The notes beneath the pieces are model-generated. The model worked only from the letters and a program-made list of their open reading frames with translations. It was not told where the DNA came from and did no database searches. A DNA stretch of 64,000 nt from Candidatus Zixiibacteriota bacterium (lineage in GTDB: Bacteria > Zixibacteria > MSB-5A5 > GN15 > JAAZOE01). A program made the translations under genes and the position numbers. Shown here one piece after another: positions 27,616-35,872 of the stretch. Every line of letters begins with the position of its first letter. Position 1 is the stretch's first letter. Location: the NCBI GenBank assembly GCA_043819555.1, contig JBDREQ010000027.1, forward strand, positions 1-64,000, given 5' to 3'.

Positions 27616-28530
27616 TTGGATATTAGATCATATATAGACGAGCTTTTTGCTTACATCGATACTTTTGAAAACCGGTATGCTGAGTTCAAGACAGAGGCAT
27701 TTATACAAACCTTTACCGGTATTTCCGCTGTCTTCCAGGCTTTGCGAAAACAGCGCGATAAGGCTATTGATGTTGATCAGTATTTCCTGAGAAAGATACA
27801 GAAATCACCGTTGACATCTTCTGACCTGCGCCAGATTACTCTGCAGGTTTTGATTACTTTCTTCGAATCGGAAGCGGATATTGACGGTCAGTCAAACAAG
27901 TCCTATCTGTATTGCCGCGACCTTCGGGGAACCAAGCGGGATATGACATTTTTTGAGGGACAACTTCTGAATTTACTTTTCAGAGAAGGCAGCCTGAATA
28001 ATAATTTCCAATTGAATTTGTTTTTCATCGAAGAATTGGCGCGATATATGAATAAGTTTGGACGGGACGTGGACTCGGGATTGACACCCGAGACTTTTGA
28101 TGCGATGTCCGATCCGGCCAAGTTTTTGGAACTGGCGCGGAGAAGGATATCCATGGGCAAGGAATTATTAACCGATCGCAATAGCCTCGAATTTCACCTG
28201 CTTCGCATTGACGCTTTTTTGAAACTTTCCAAAAAATCTAATCTGTACAACGATTACCTTCAGGAATGGAAATATCTCAAAACATCAAGTTTCTGGTCGA
28301 AAGTGACTGAATTTTCTTCCGAGGTTTGGGGAAAAATCAAAGGAGCTTTTGCCAGTTTTGCTTATTTCAGATTGGTGATTAGTCAGCGTCCGGCGGCGTA
28401 TGGTTTTTACGCGGTGATAATAATCTTGTTTATTTTGCTGGCGTTTTATGTGCCCAATAAATGGATTAGTTATTCCGAGGAGACATTAGAAAGATTTAAC
28501 CAAAAAGCCAGTGAAATACAGGGCGGGTAG
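27616..28530 (+). CDS. Helical cytoplasmic protein with a single C-terminal TM (TssL-like topology, family unassigned)
   Basis: No signal peptide; TM AYGFYAVIIILFILLAFYV near the C-terminus; TTG start; immediately after tssK. Confidence 0.65.
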   Translation: MDIRSYIDELFAYIDTFENRYAEFKTEAFIQTFTGISAVFQALRKQRDKAIDVDQYFLRKIQKSPLTSSDLRQITLQVLITFFESEADIDGQSNKSYLYCRDLRGTKRDMTFFEGQLLNLLFREGSLNNNFQLNLFFIEELARYMNKFGRDVDSGLTPETFDAMSDPAKFLELARRRISMGKELLTDRNSLEFHLLRIDAFLKLSKKSNLYNDYLQEWKYLKTSSFWSKVTEFSSEVWGKIKGAFASFAYFRLVISQRPAAYGFYAVIIILFILLAFYVPNKWISYSEETLERFNQKASEIQGG

Positions 28531-28536
28531 TTAACG

Positions 28537-30735
28537 ATGAAATTGGGCAAGATATTCAAATTATTCAAAAAGGGCGCCAAGGCGGCCGGCGGAGGCAAAG
28601 GCAAAAAGGGAGAGGTTCCCTCTCACTGGCCGTCGGGTAATCGAATCGGTATTTACGGCCATTCCAATTCGGGTAAAACGGTATATTATACCGTTCTCAA
28701 TGAAGAATGTAAAATCTCCAAACGATTGCAGATATCGGTGACCGATAATACCACTGCGGGTGAATTTTTATCGAATTATCGTTCAATCTGGGGATTGGGG
28801 ACGGCCGCCAGCGATGGAACGGTTGTCGATTTTCAGAGTGAGAAAAAATTCCCCGATCCGACGCCGTCGGACAAGTTGCTTCAGTTTAACGCCATTCTTG
28901 ATCGCAGCAAAAAACTGTCGATTGTGGCTTATGACTATGGCGGCAAGGCCATCGCGATTTCGGGTCAGAATGACCTGGCTGACAAAGTCATAGATTATAT
29001 GACGGGTTGCGACGGGATTTTATTTTTCTATGATCCCAAGATTATGGGAGCCGAACTTGAAAGCCAGGCGCATGTAGCGTCGTTTGTAAATATCCTGGAA
29101 AAACTGGCCCCGCTGAAATCAAGATTGCCGATTCCGATTGGGATAGTTATAACGAAGTCCGATATCCTGCCGGGTTTTTCCGGTGAAGAACAGGTTTCAT
29201 TGATAAAATCTGAGGACGAATATCTGGCATCCGAGGACTTTGAGTCATTTCTCGAAAATATACTGGCCGATCCCAGAGTAAATTCCAATGCCGCCTGGGC
29301 CGGTTCGGTCAGGAATATTCTGATTAGATTGAAGGATTTCCTGCGGGTTGTTCTGGAAAGGACTCTCGATTTCCAGATATTTTTTATTTCAGCAATGGGA
29401 CAAACACCTGAAAAAATCGGAGCCGATATTGGACGGTCGATTTACTCCCCTCCGGATAAAATTCGCCCCGTTGGTGTTAAAGAACCATTTTACTGGCTTT
29501 TGAATTCAGTCGTAAGAAGCAAGCGGATTTCCAAATTTAGATCATTGGCAAAAATAGTTGCGACAATAAGCATCATTTGGTGCGTTATTTTTTCGATTCC
29601 ATTTTTGTATCATCATAATTTTCTACTGCCCCGGACGGAACGGGTTGAAGAAAATATTATTTCAGCCTACGATGGTAAAATTTTCAATACAACTGACCGT
29701 GAAAGAAGGCGGATAATTCAGGCTTATGATAAATACGAGCGGTCGTGGGCGGTAAAATGGTTTTTTGACAAGTATCAGGCGCCGTCGCAGAGGATTCGCG
29801 AAGCGTATAGAAGATTTAATCAGCAGGAAGCAATTCAGCTTCTCAATGGCCATATATCCAGGATGGCGGCCATTGTTACTGATACGAATTTCTGGCCCCG
29901 ATTAAATCCATCCGATCAGTCTTTGATACTCGCACCGGAGCATAACAGTCTGTTGGAGTCTCTGCAAAGTTACCATCAAGGAGACGAGTCCTCGATACTA
30001 TACAAGCGCAGCGGCCGGGCGCTGGTTTATTGGGATCTGTTTTCACAGGGAGTGATTAGTCCTAATGATACGGCAGTGTGGCAAACAATACAACAACAGA
30101 TTCAAACGGATCGAGGACTATACGGGCAGGAATTATCCAAAGAAGAAATGGCTCTTGGTGATGCGCTGTCCGAACGAAAGATAAAGAAGGTCCAGAAAGT
30201 GGCCGCCAAAAAGGCGGCGGTAGAACTGGGCGATTTGATTGATAAAATCAACGGAAATGATTCCCCGTCCTATCGGCTGGATCGGGCAGTTGCCGAACTA
30301 AGGACAATTAAAGGCCAGCTTGACAGTGAGGCAGACAAAGCCAACCTGACTATGATAAACAATTATATTTCCGACGCCAAAAAATGGTGGAACCCGAGAA
30401 CCTATTCATTTAAGGCTGAAAGCATACCGGGGGACGGACATTTGCACGTCGCGGTTGCATCCAAGGGACAGGATCCCGTTTGGGAGGAAGGGGATCAAAT
30501 ACTGGCCGGGTACGAAAAGAAAATAACGTGGAAAAAGGATGATGTTATTCATATCGCCCTCGATACTCTGGGTGCTCCGGAAATGTGGGGGAGTGAAGCG
30601 AGCGATAAGAAAATTCTAAAAAATGACTTTTCTATATTTGACATGGAAGGCGAAATTTCGTTTGATAATATAGGCAAGAAAATTAATATTACTTTCAATC
30701 CGGGACTCAAAGGAAGAATGCCGGAGTTGAAATAA
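28537..30735 (+). CDS. Membrane-anchored P-loop GTPase-like protein with large extracytoplasmic domain (TssM-like topology)
   Basis: G1 GHSNSGKT, G3 YDYGG, G4 ITKSD, G5 ISA; TM IVATISIIWCVIFSIPFLY; about 370-aa C-terminal region. Confidence 0.75.
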   Translation: MKLGKIFKLFKKGAKAAGGGKGKKGEVPSHWPSGNRIGIYGHSNSGKTVYYTVLNEECKISKRLQISVTDNTTAGEFLSNYRSIWGLGTAASDGTVVDFQSEKKFPDPTPSDKLLQFNAILDRSKKLSIVAYDYGGKAIAISGQNDLADKVIDYMTGCDGILFFYDPKIMGAELESQAHVASFVNILEKLAPLKSRLPIPIGIVITKSDILPGFSGEEQVSLIKSEDEYLASEDFESFLENILADPRVNSNAAWAGSVRNILIRLKDFLRVVLERTLDFQIFFISAMGQTPEKIGADIGRSIYSPPDKIRPVGVKEPFYWLLNSVVRSKRISKFRSLAKIVATISIIWCVIFSIPFLYHHNFLLPRTERVEENIISAYDGKIFNTTDRERRRIIQAYDKYERSWAVKWFFDKYQAPSQRIREAYRRFNQQEAIQLLNGHISRMAAIVTDTNFWPRLNPSDQSLILAPEHNSLLESLQSYHQGDESSILYKRSGRALVYWDLFSQGVISPNDTAVWQTIQQQIQTDRGLYGQELSKEEMALGDALSERKIKKVQKVAAKKAAVELGDLIDKINGNDSPSYRLDRAVAELRTIKGQLDSEADKANLTMINNYISDAKKWWNPRTYSFKAESIPGDGHLHVAVASKGQDPVWEEGDQILAGYEKKITWKKDDVIHIALDTLGAPEMWGSEASDKKILKNDFSIFDMEGEISFDNIGKKINITFNPGLKGRMPELK

Positions 30736-30763
30736 AACATGTCTTGGTTGAGGAGTTTGTATA

Positions 30764-31291
30764 ATGAAATTCAACACAATATATAGAAAATCGTTTAGTG
30801 CGGGCCTGATTGTATTTTTCTGGTTTGCATTTACGGCCTTGGCCTCCGGGGCCACACTGCAGCTTCCGCAAGGTACCGATGTGAAGCTGAAATTTGCACC
30901 GGGAATTAAGATTTCTTCGGGGAATCTGGCCGCTGAAGTGCCGATTATTTGTTACCTCGCCGAACCAATTTTAATCGGAGGAAAGACGGTCGTTGAGGAA
31001 GGGGCTCAAGCGACGGCCAAAGTCGCCGAAGTGAAACCGGCCGGCAAAGGCGGTAAAGGCGGCTATATCAAGATCGAGTTTATTGAAGTTGAAACAAAGG
31101 GCGAATATAAAACGGTTGACGGTTCAAAAATCAAATTGACCGGATTCATAGAAAATACCGGAAAGAATAAGAAAACAATGTCGTATCTATTCATCTTTGG
31201 CCTTTTCATCAAAGGCAGTCAGGGTGAGATTAATCCTAATTCGATATATACCGTCAAGACGGCAGGAAGTACGATTCTGGAAAGTAATTAG
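30764..31291 (+). CDS. Small exported beta-rich protein resembling the VirB10/TrbI core domain
   Basis: Signal peptide (..ALA); LPQGTDVKL...ISS...PILIGGKTVVEEGAQATAKV.EVKPA...G.I.I.F...DG.KI.L pattern; GAGGAG RBS. Confidence 0.55.
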   Translation: MKFNTIYRKSFSAGLIVFFWFAFTALASGATLQLPQGTDVKLKFAPGIKISSGNLAAEVPIICYLAEPILIGGKTVVEEGAQATAKVAEVKPAGKGGKGGYIKIEFIEVETKGEYKTVDGSKIKLTGFIENTGKNKKTMSYLFIFGLFIKGSQGEINPNSIYTVKTAGSTILESN

Positions 31292-31314
31292 ATTTTAATA
31301 TATTCTGATTATTG

Positions 31315-31341
31315 ATAAGGCGGCCTAAATGGCCGCCTTAT
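31315..31341. terminator. Bidirectional intrinsic terminator between convergent operons
   Basis: ATAAGGCGGCC-TAAAT-GGCCGCCTTAT perfect stem. Confidence 0.8.
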
Positions 31342-31401
31342 TATTGGACAATTTTGATTTCAGCTATAACGGCATAAGCGTCATAGATCATATTGACTAA
31401 A

Positions 31402-32253
31402 TTACTCCACTTGAGGGGCAATAAGGAATATTTCAGATTCGTCAACATATACCGAATTGACCGGAATAGAATCAAGTACATCCTGACCGGTATTCTTATA
31501 CATGTATTGGATCACCGCAGTTATTTTTACCGTCGCGGTATCAGGCAGCCAGTCGGCATAAGTTCGAAATATGGAGCGAGCCATTTGAGCATCGCCGTTG
31601 GCGTCTGTCAGTGACTGCGGTGGAGCGGCCAAGGTATAGGCGCCTATTGCGGTTCCTTCATGCCAGGTGTAACAGCTATCGCAAAGAGTTATTCCTTTAA
31701 TAGTGTACTCAATATACATTGATCCGGTTTGAGAGACGATAAGCTCGAGCGAAATATCTCCCAGACTTTGGATGTTAAATAGATTAATGTCGATTATGAC
31801 GCTATCGCCCATAATGACTTCGCCGTAATGGGGTGAAAAATTGAGCATAGGCCGAGCCGGGCGGAGTTGTATAGGCAGCTCAATGTCGCTATCAGGCAGA
31901 ATATCCGTTACGGTTGAGCCTTGATATAATTCCACATTGGCGACATTATATATATGAATTTTAAACAACCGATTTAGACCAGCAGGGACTTCGATTTCAC
32001 CCATCATAAAACCGTCAATATATTCCAGCGTATCGACCAGAATTGAATCTATATCCCGAGCCTCCACTGTCAAAAGGCCGTGTGTCACGAGAGCCGATAT
32101 TTTAGATGACGACAGTTGAGCCTTGATATTGACCGATGCGTAATTGACTGCACTTGTGTTAGTAATTTTTTCAGTGCAACCGCCTGTCAAATAAATGACG
32201 ACACCCAGACACGCCAGAATAAACAGCTTATAGTAAAACGCATTTTTCCACAT
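31402..32253 (-). CDS. Lipoprotein with possible C-terminal cohesin-like domain
   Basis: Lipobox LTGGC; EVPAG.NR.F beta-sandwich region; C-terminal half VIMGDSVIIDINLFNIQSLGDISLEL. Confidence 0.7.
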   Translation of the reverse strand: MWKNAFYYKLFILACLGVVIYLTGGCTEKITNTSAVNYASVNIKAQLSSSKISALVTHGLLTVEARDIDSILVDTLEYIDGFMMGEIEVPAGLNRLFKIHIYNVANVELYQGSTVTDILPDSDIELPIQLRPARPMLNFSPHYGEVIMGDSVIIDINLFNIQSLGDISLELIVSQTGSMYIEYTIKGITLCDSCYTWHEGTAIGAYTLAAPPQSLTDANGDAQMARSIFRTYADWLPDTATVKITAVIQYMYKNTGQDVLDSIPVNSVYVDESEIFLIAPQVE

Positions 32254-32265
32254 AATTTTTCTCTT

Positions 32266-33405
32266 CTAAAAAGCGGCGATAAGTCCGCCGGTTATTTGGA
32301 ATCCTCCCAGGCTGATTTTGCCGCCATCGGCATCGCCCGCGAAGTAGGTGAATCCTAAATTAAAATCGACGCCTTCGCCGATACCGCGATCATAATCACC
32401 GCCAAATCCAAAGATTGCCGAACTTCCCTGCTTGTAGATATCTTCAAATTCATTGTTTCCGATAACTCTCAGTTGCACGCGGGGCGTAAACGACCAAGTT
32501 TTATCGGGATGATAAACCAGAGCGGTATTTACAAAAAATTCATTTCCATAAAGGCGCAATTGCTCAAATACTTCTTCGTTGCTATCATAGCTTGTAAGGC
32601 GTCCTCTCAAGAGCAGTCCTATATTTCCAATAAAGCTTGTTTTGGATTTATGTGATTGAATCCCGGTCGATATTTCAAATTGACTGGATGGTTTTCTCAG
32701 TTTTTGCTCATTGGCTTTGTCAGTAGAGAAAAAGGAAAAAGTCATTGATGCCGAAAAAACGGTATTTCCTTTCTTAGTATCGCCATTGGCAGAAATGCTA
32801 ATCATATCGCCGGGATCATAATCGCCTAATCCCTCATACGGCTTATAACTGCCCAAATATTGATAAGAAATCGTTCCCCCGAGTCTTGAAACGCCGTTTG
32901 AAGCGGCTCCACCTAACAAGAGGTTGACGCCCATTCCTTCGCCCATGCGCCGCACCGGGAACGACAAGTAATTCTCTGACAGCAGCACCATCACATTAAA
33001 TTCTTCCCCGAGGTTCAATTCCTTTTTTCCGGTAGGCAGGTTTAATCCGAGGCTGAAGAGGAACCTGTCATCGGACATGGAATGGTTGAACATCAATCGC
33101 AGGTCACCCAAGCCGGCCACGTTGCTATTGGTCCCGTCATCCAACTCGACACCGCCTGATATACTGGTGGCATGATACCGGAGTTCCCAATTGTCCTGGA
33201 GAGGCAAAAAGCCGTTTACGGGAATCATCAATTGATTGACGCTTTTTTTACCCCCGTTTTCGCCTTCGAGACTCCAATTAGTATATGTCATGCGCGCTTT
33301 TATCGAAGCCGGCTGACCATATACAATTTGAGCGGATGCAGTTTGAACGCCGCCCATAAGAATGGCGCATATACTAAGCGTTAAAATTATTTTACCAGCT
33401 TGCAT
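32266..33405 (-). CDS. Outer-membrane beta-barrel protein (transporter-like)
   Basis: Signal peptide from ATG 33405; GLGDL, GLNLPTG and YDPGD motifs; alternating strands; C-terminal Phe. Confidence 0.78.
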   Translation of the reverse strand: MQAGKIILTLSICAILMGGVQTASAQIVYGQPASIKARMTYTNWSLEGENGGKKSVNQLMIPVNGFLPLQDNWELRYHATSISGGVELDDGTNSNVAGLGDLRLMFNHSMSDDRFLFSLGLNLPTGKKELNLGEEFNVMVLLSENYLSFPVRRMGEGMGVNLLLGGAASNGVSRLGGTISYQYLGSYKPYEGLGDYDPGDMISISANGDTKKGNTVFSASMTFSFFSTDKANEQKLRKPSSQFEISTGIQSHKSKTSFIGNIGLLLRGRLTSYDSNEEVFEQLRLYGNEFFVNTALVYHPDKTWSFTPRVQLRVIGNNEFEDIYKQGSSAIFGFGGDYDRGIGEGVDFNLGFTYFAGDADGGKISLGGFQITGGLIAAF

Positions 33406-34708
33406 CGAGAATCCCCCTGATAATAACGGTTCCATATCTCTCGCGGTCATCAATTCTCAGTGGTGAATCTGTCTTTGAGCCAAAGTGTCCATCGTCACGC
33501 ATAAAACCGTTTTTTGTTAAATTCAAATCCTGTAAATTATCCGTCCCCTCTCCGGCCTGCTCCTGGTCGGAAGACGTGGTGACATCGGCCTCAAATTGAT
33601 TGAACGAAGCCGATTTGGTCGCATCGGCTGATATTGCACGCGCCGCCGCGTTGTTTTGATCTCGGGCCTGGTTAAAGCCGGGATCATTTTTCAAAGCATT
33701 GCGAAATTCTCGCTGGGCTTCCTGGTTTAATCCCTGGCTCCGGTAATCCAAACCCCGGCAATAAGCCATAAAGGCAAGATACGACTCGGTCGGAATTTTT
33801 TCAATCGCGTCGCGTTCTTCGGCGGTTAAGTTAATGCCGATATTGTTTATTACTTTGAATACGAAATCTTTCTGAACTTCGAATATTTTTTGGATATTGC
33901 CTTCGGTCGGATTGGTTACCAGTGATGAACTGTCGCGGGTATTAACGACGACGCCATCCATGCGGATAACTTCATCTCCCAATCCCACCAAAGAGCCGGT
34001 CACAATGCGGTTGCTTCCGACCAGGCGGCCAACCCGGGGAGCCATAGAGGGATCGACATATCCTGATTCAGCCATTTTGATTTCGTTCATGATGGCGTCG
34101 ATTTTCAGGCGATCCACGACCTTCAGACTGCCGATTTTGGCCAGGTCAACGGCCGTTAATTCGGCCAAGCCCTTGCTGATTGGCGCCATTTCTTCGGAAA
34201 GATAAGTATTATCGAAATCCACAACCGCGATGGTGTTGTTTGGTATCTCATCGGCCTTGATTGCTGCTTCGTTATTTATTGCCGCAGAAACTTCGCGCTT
34301 TATATTCTTCTGGATTAAACCATCAAGCCGAAATCGAATTTTTTTCTCGATGGATGAGCTCGGGTTTAATCCCATGGCGGCCCGGTAAGATTCAATAGCA
34401 TTCGGAAAATCTTCCCGGCCTTCATGAATTAAACCCAGATAAAGATTTGTCCTGGCCATCGGTTTTATACTATTGGCCTGGGACAATGCTTCTTCGGCTT
34501 TAATCATATCGTTCTTCTTATAAAAAACGACGCCCAATTCTCTCCAGGCTTCAGCGCTCTGGGGATTGATTTTGATCCCCTCATATAAAAGATCAATGGC
34601 TTGATCGTACTGGCCTTCATCGGCCAAATGCCGGCCCTGCATTAACAAGCTTTGCGAACAGCCGGTAATGGCCAGTATAAGAAGCGCCAGTAATATTTTT
34701 CGTATCAT
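33392..34708 (-). CDS. TPR-repeat lipoprotein with CsgG/HfaB (TolB-N-like) domain
   Basis: Lipobox ITGC; TPR repeats; IAVVDFDN...KGLAEL...LKVVDR...VDP.MAPRVGRLVG...IVTGS. Confidence 0.85.
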   Translation of the reverse strand: MIRKILLALLILAITGCSQSLLMQGRHLADEGQYDQAIDLLYEGIKINPQSAEAWRELGVVFYKKNDMIKAEEALSQANSIKPMARTNLYLGLIHEGREDFPNAIESYRAAMGLNPSSSIEKKIRFRLDGLIQKNIKREVSAAINNEAAIKADEIPNNTIAVVDFDNTYLSEEMAPISKGLAELTAVDLAKIGSLKVVDRLKIDAIMNEIKMAESGYVDPSMAPRVGRLVGSNRIVTGSLVGLGDEVIRMDGVVVNTRDSSSLVTNPTEGNIQKIFEVQKDFVFKVINNIGINLTAEERDAIEKIPTESYLAFMAYCRGLDYRSQGLNQEAQREFRNALKNDPGFNQARDQNNAAARAISADATKSASFNQFEADVTTSSDQEQAGEGTDNLQDLNLTKNGFMRDDGHFGSKTDSPLRIDDRERYGTVIIRGILDASW

Positions 34709-34742
34709 AATTACCTCATGCTTTTAAAGGCAGCGGCTTAAA

Positions 34743-35795
34743 TTAACCCAAAGCGAGGGGGCGATAAATATCCATTTTGCGCTTAGCCTCGGTAAAGGTG
34801 TTGTCCTTTTCATACGCCTGCCGGAAAAATTCATAGGCCTGCTTATAGTCATACTTATCCATGTAATACAGACCGCGGGAATACAGAGTCGCGGCGTCGT
34901 ATGACGCCGTGCCGCTTTCATTGAGGAGATTAATCGTTTTCTCATTCAACTCGATATCCAGTTTTTCAGCCAGTTCCTTGACCAGTTCTTTTTGCATGGC
35001 GAAATAATCCGGTTTGCCTTCCCGCTCGACGGTTGCCACGATTTCCGAAGTTTCCACTTTCACGGCCTTAATCAGCATTTTGGAATTGTTTTTATCTAAT
35101 TGTGTAATGCTGCCAAAGACCATCATCTGTGCCCCCAGCATTTTGCCGACTCGGACAGCGGTTGATGTTTCCACCATTCCGGATTTACTCAATTCCAATT
35201 CCTTGAGGATATACTCGATTTTATCCCGTTCGACGACTTTGAGATCGCTGATTTTGGCAAAGTCAGCTTCAAAAAAATCAGCCAAACCTTTGGTGATAAA
35301 GCCGAGTTCCTCCTGAAATTTCCCAACGGAGTAATTATCGAATTCCATGATAGCGATTGTTTTGATTCTTCCATCGCCTTCTTCGGGACAAATCATCATG
35401 TCACGCGCCCTGAGAATCTTATACCAATGATCCCGAAGCTGCTGGGGCCAGAATTCGTAGGGAAGATGAATTTTACAGGGACCGATATTGGCCATTTTAT
35501 CAAGGAGTGAAAAAGATTCCTTAGCGAAGCTTTCGCCTTTGCCAAAAGTAAGAAGACTCAAAACAGCGTAAACCGCGATGCTGTCTTTGGACTCCAGATC
35601 GCCCGATGCCAGAAGCTCATTGGCAACAGCAATGCCTTTATCAAACTCCAAATCGGTATAGTAAGTTATGGCTTCGCCGAGACGATTGGATATCGTTACT
35701 TCATCCTGCGCCGTTACAATAACCGGAAGCGATAATATCAGCAATGGCGCGACTAAAAAGAAGATGATTTTATAAAGTGGATGTTTGGATAACAT
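34743..35795 (-). CDS. Exported CsgG/HfaB-domain protein with helical N-terminus and C-terminal TPR
   Basis: Signal peptide; IAIMEFDN...LKVVERD...AVRVGKMLGAQ..VFGS...VKVETSEI. Confidence 0.85.
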   Translation of the reverse strand: MLSKHPLYKIIFFLVAPLLILSLPVIVTAQDEVTISNRLGEAITYYTDLEFDKGIAVANELLASGDLESKDSIAVYAVLSLLTFGKGESFAKESFSLLDKMANIGPCKIHLPYEFWPQQLRDHWYKILRARDMMICPEEGDGRIKTIAIMEFDNYSVGKFQEELGFITKGLADFFEADFAKISDLKVVERDKIEYILKELELSKSGMVETSTAVRVGKMLGAQMMVFGSITQLDKNNSKMLIKAVKVETSEIVATVEREGKPDYFAMQKELVKELAEKLDIELNEKTINLLNESGTASYDAATLYSRGLYYMDKYDYKQAYEFFRQAYEKDNTFTEAKRKMDIYRPLALG

Positions 35796-35872
35796 AAAAG
35801 ATACCTCCGCCTGTTTATTATATTTTCTCTATACACTTTTCGTTATTTGAGCATAAATTTTGTTTCGATTTT

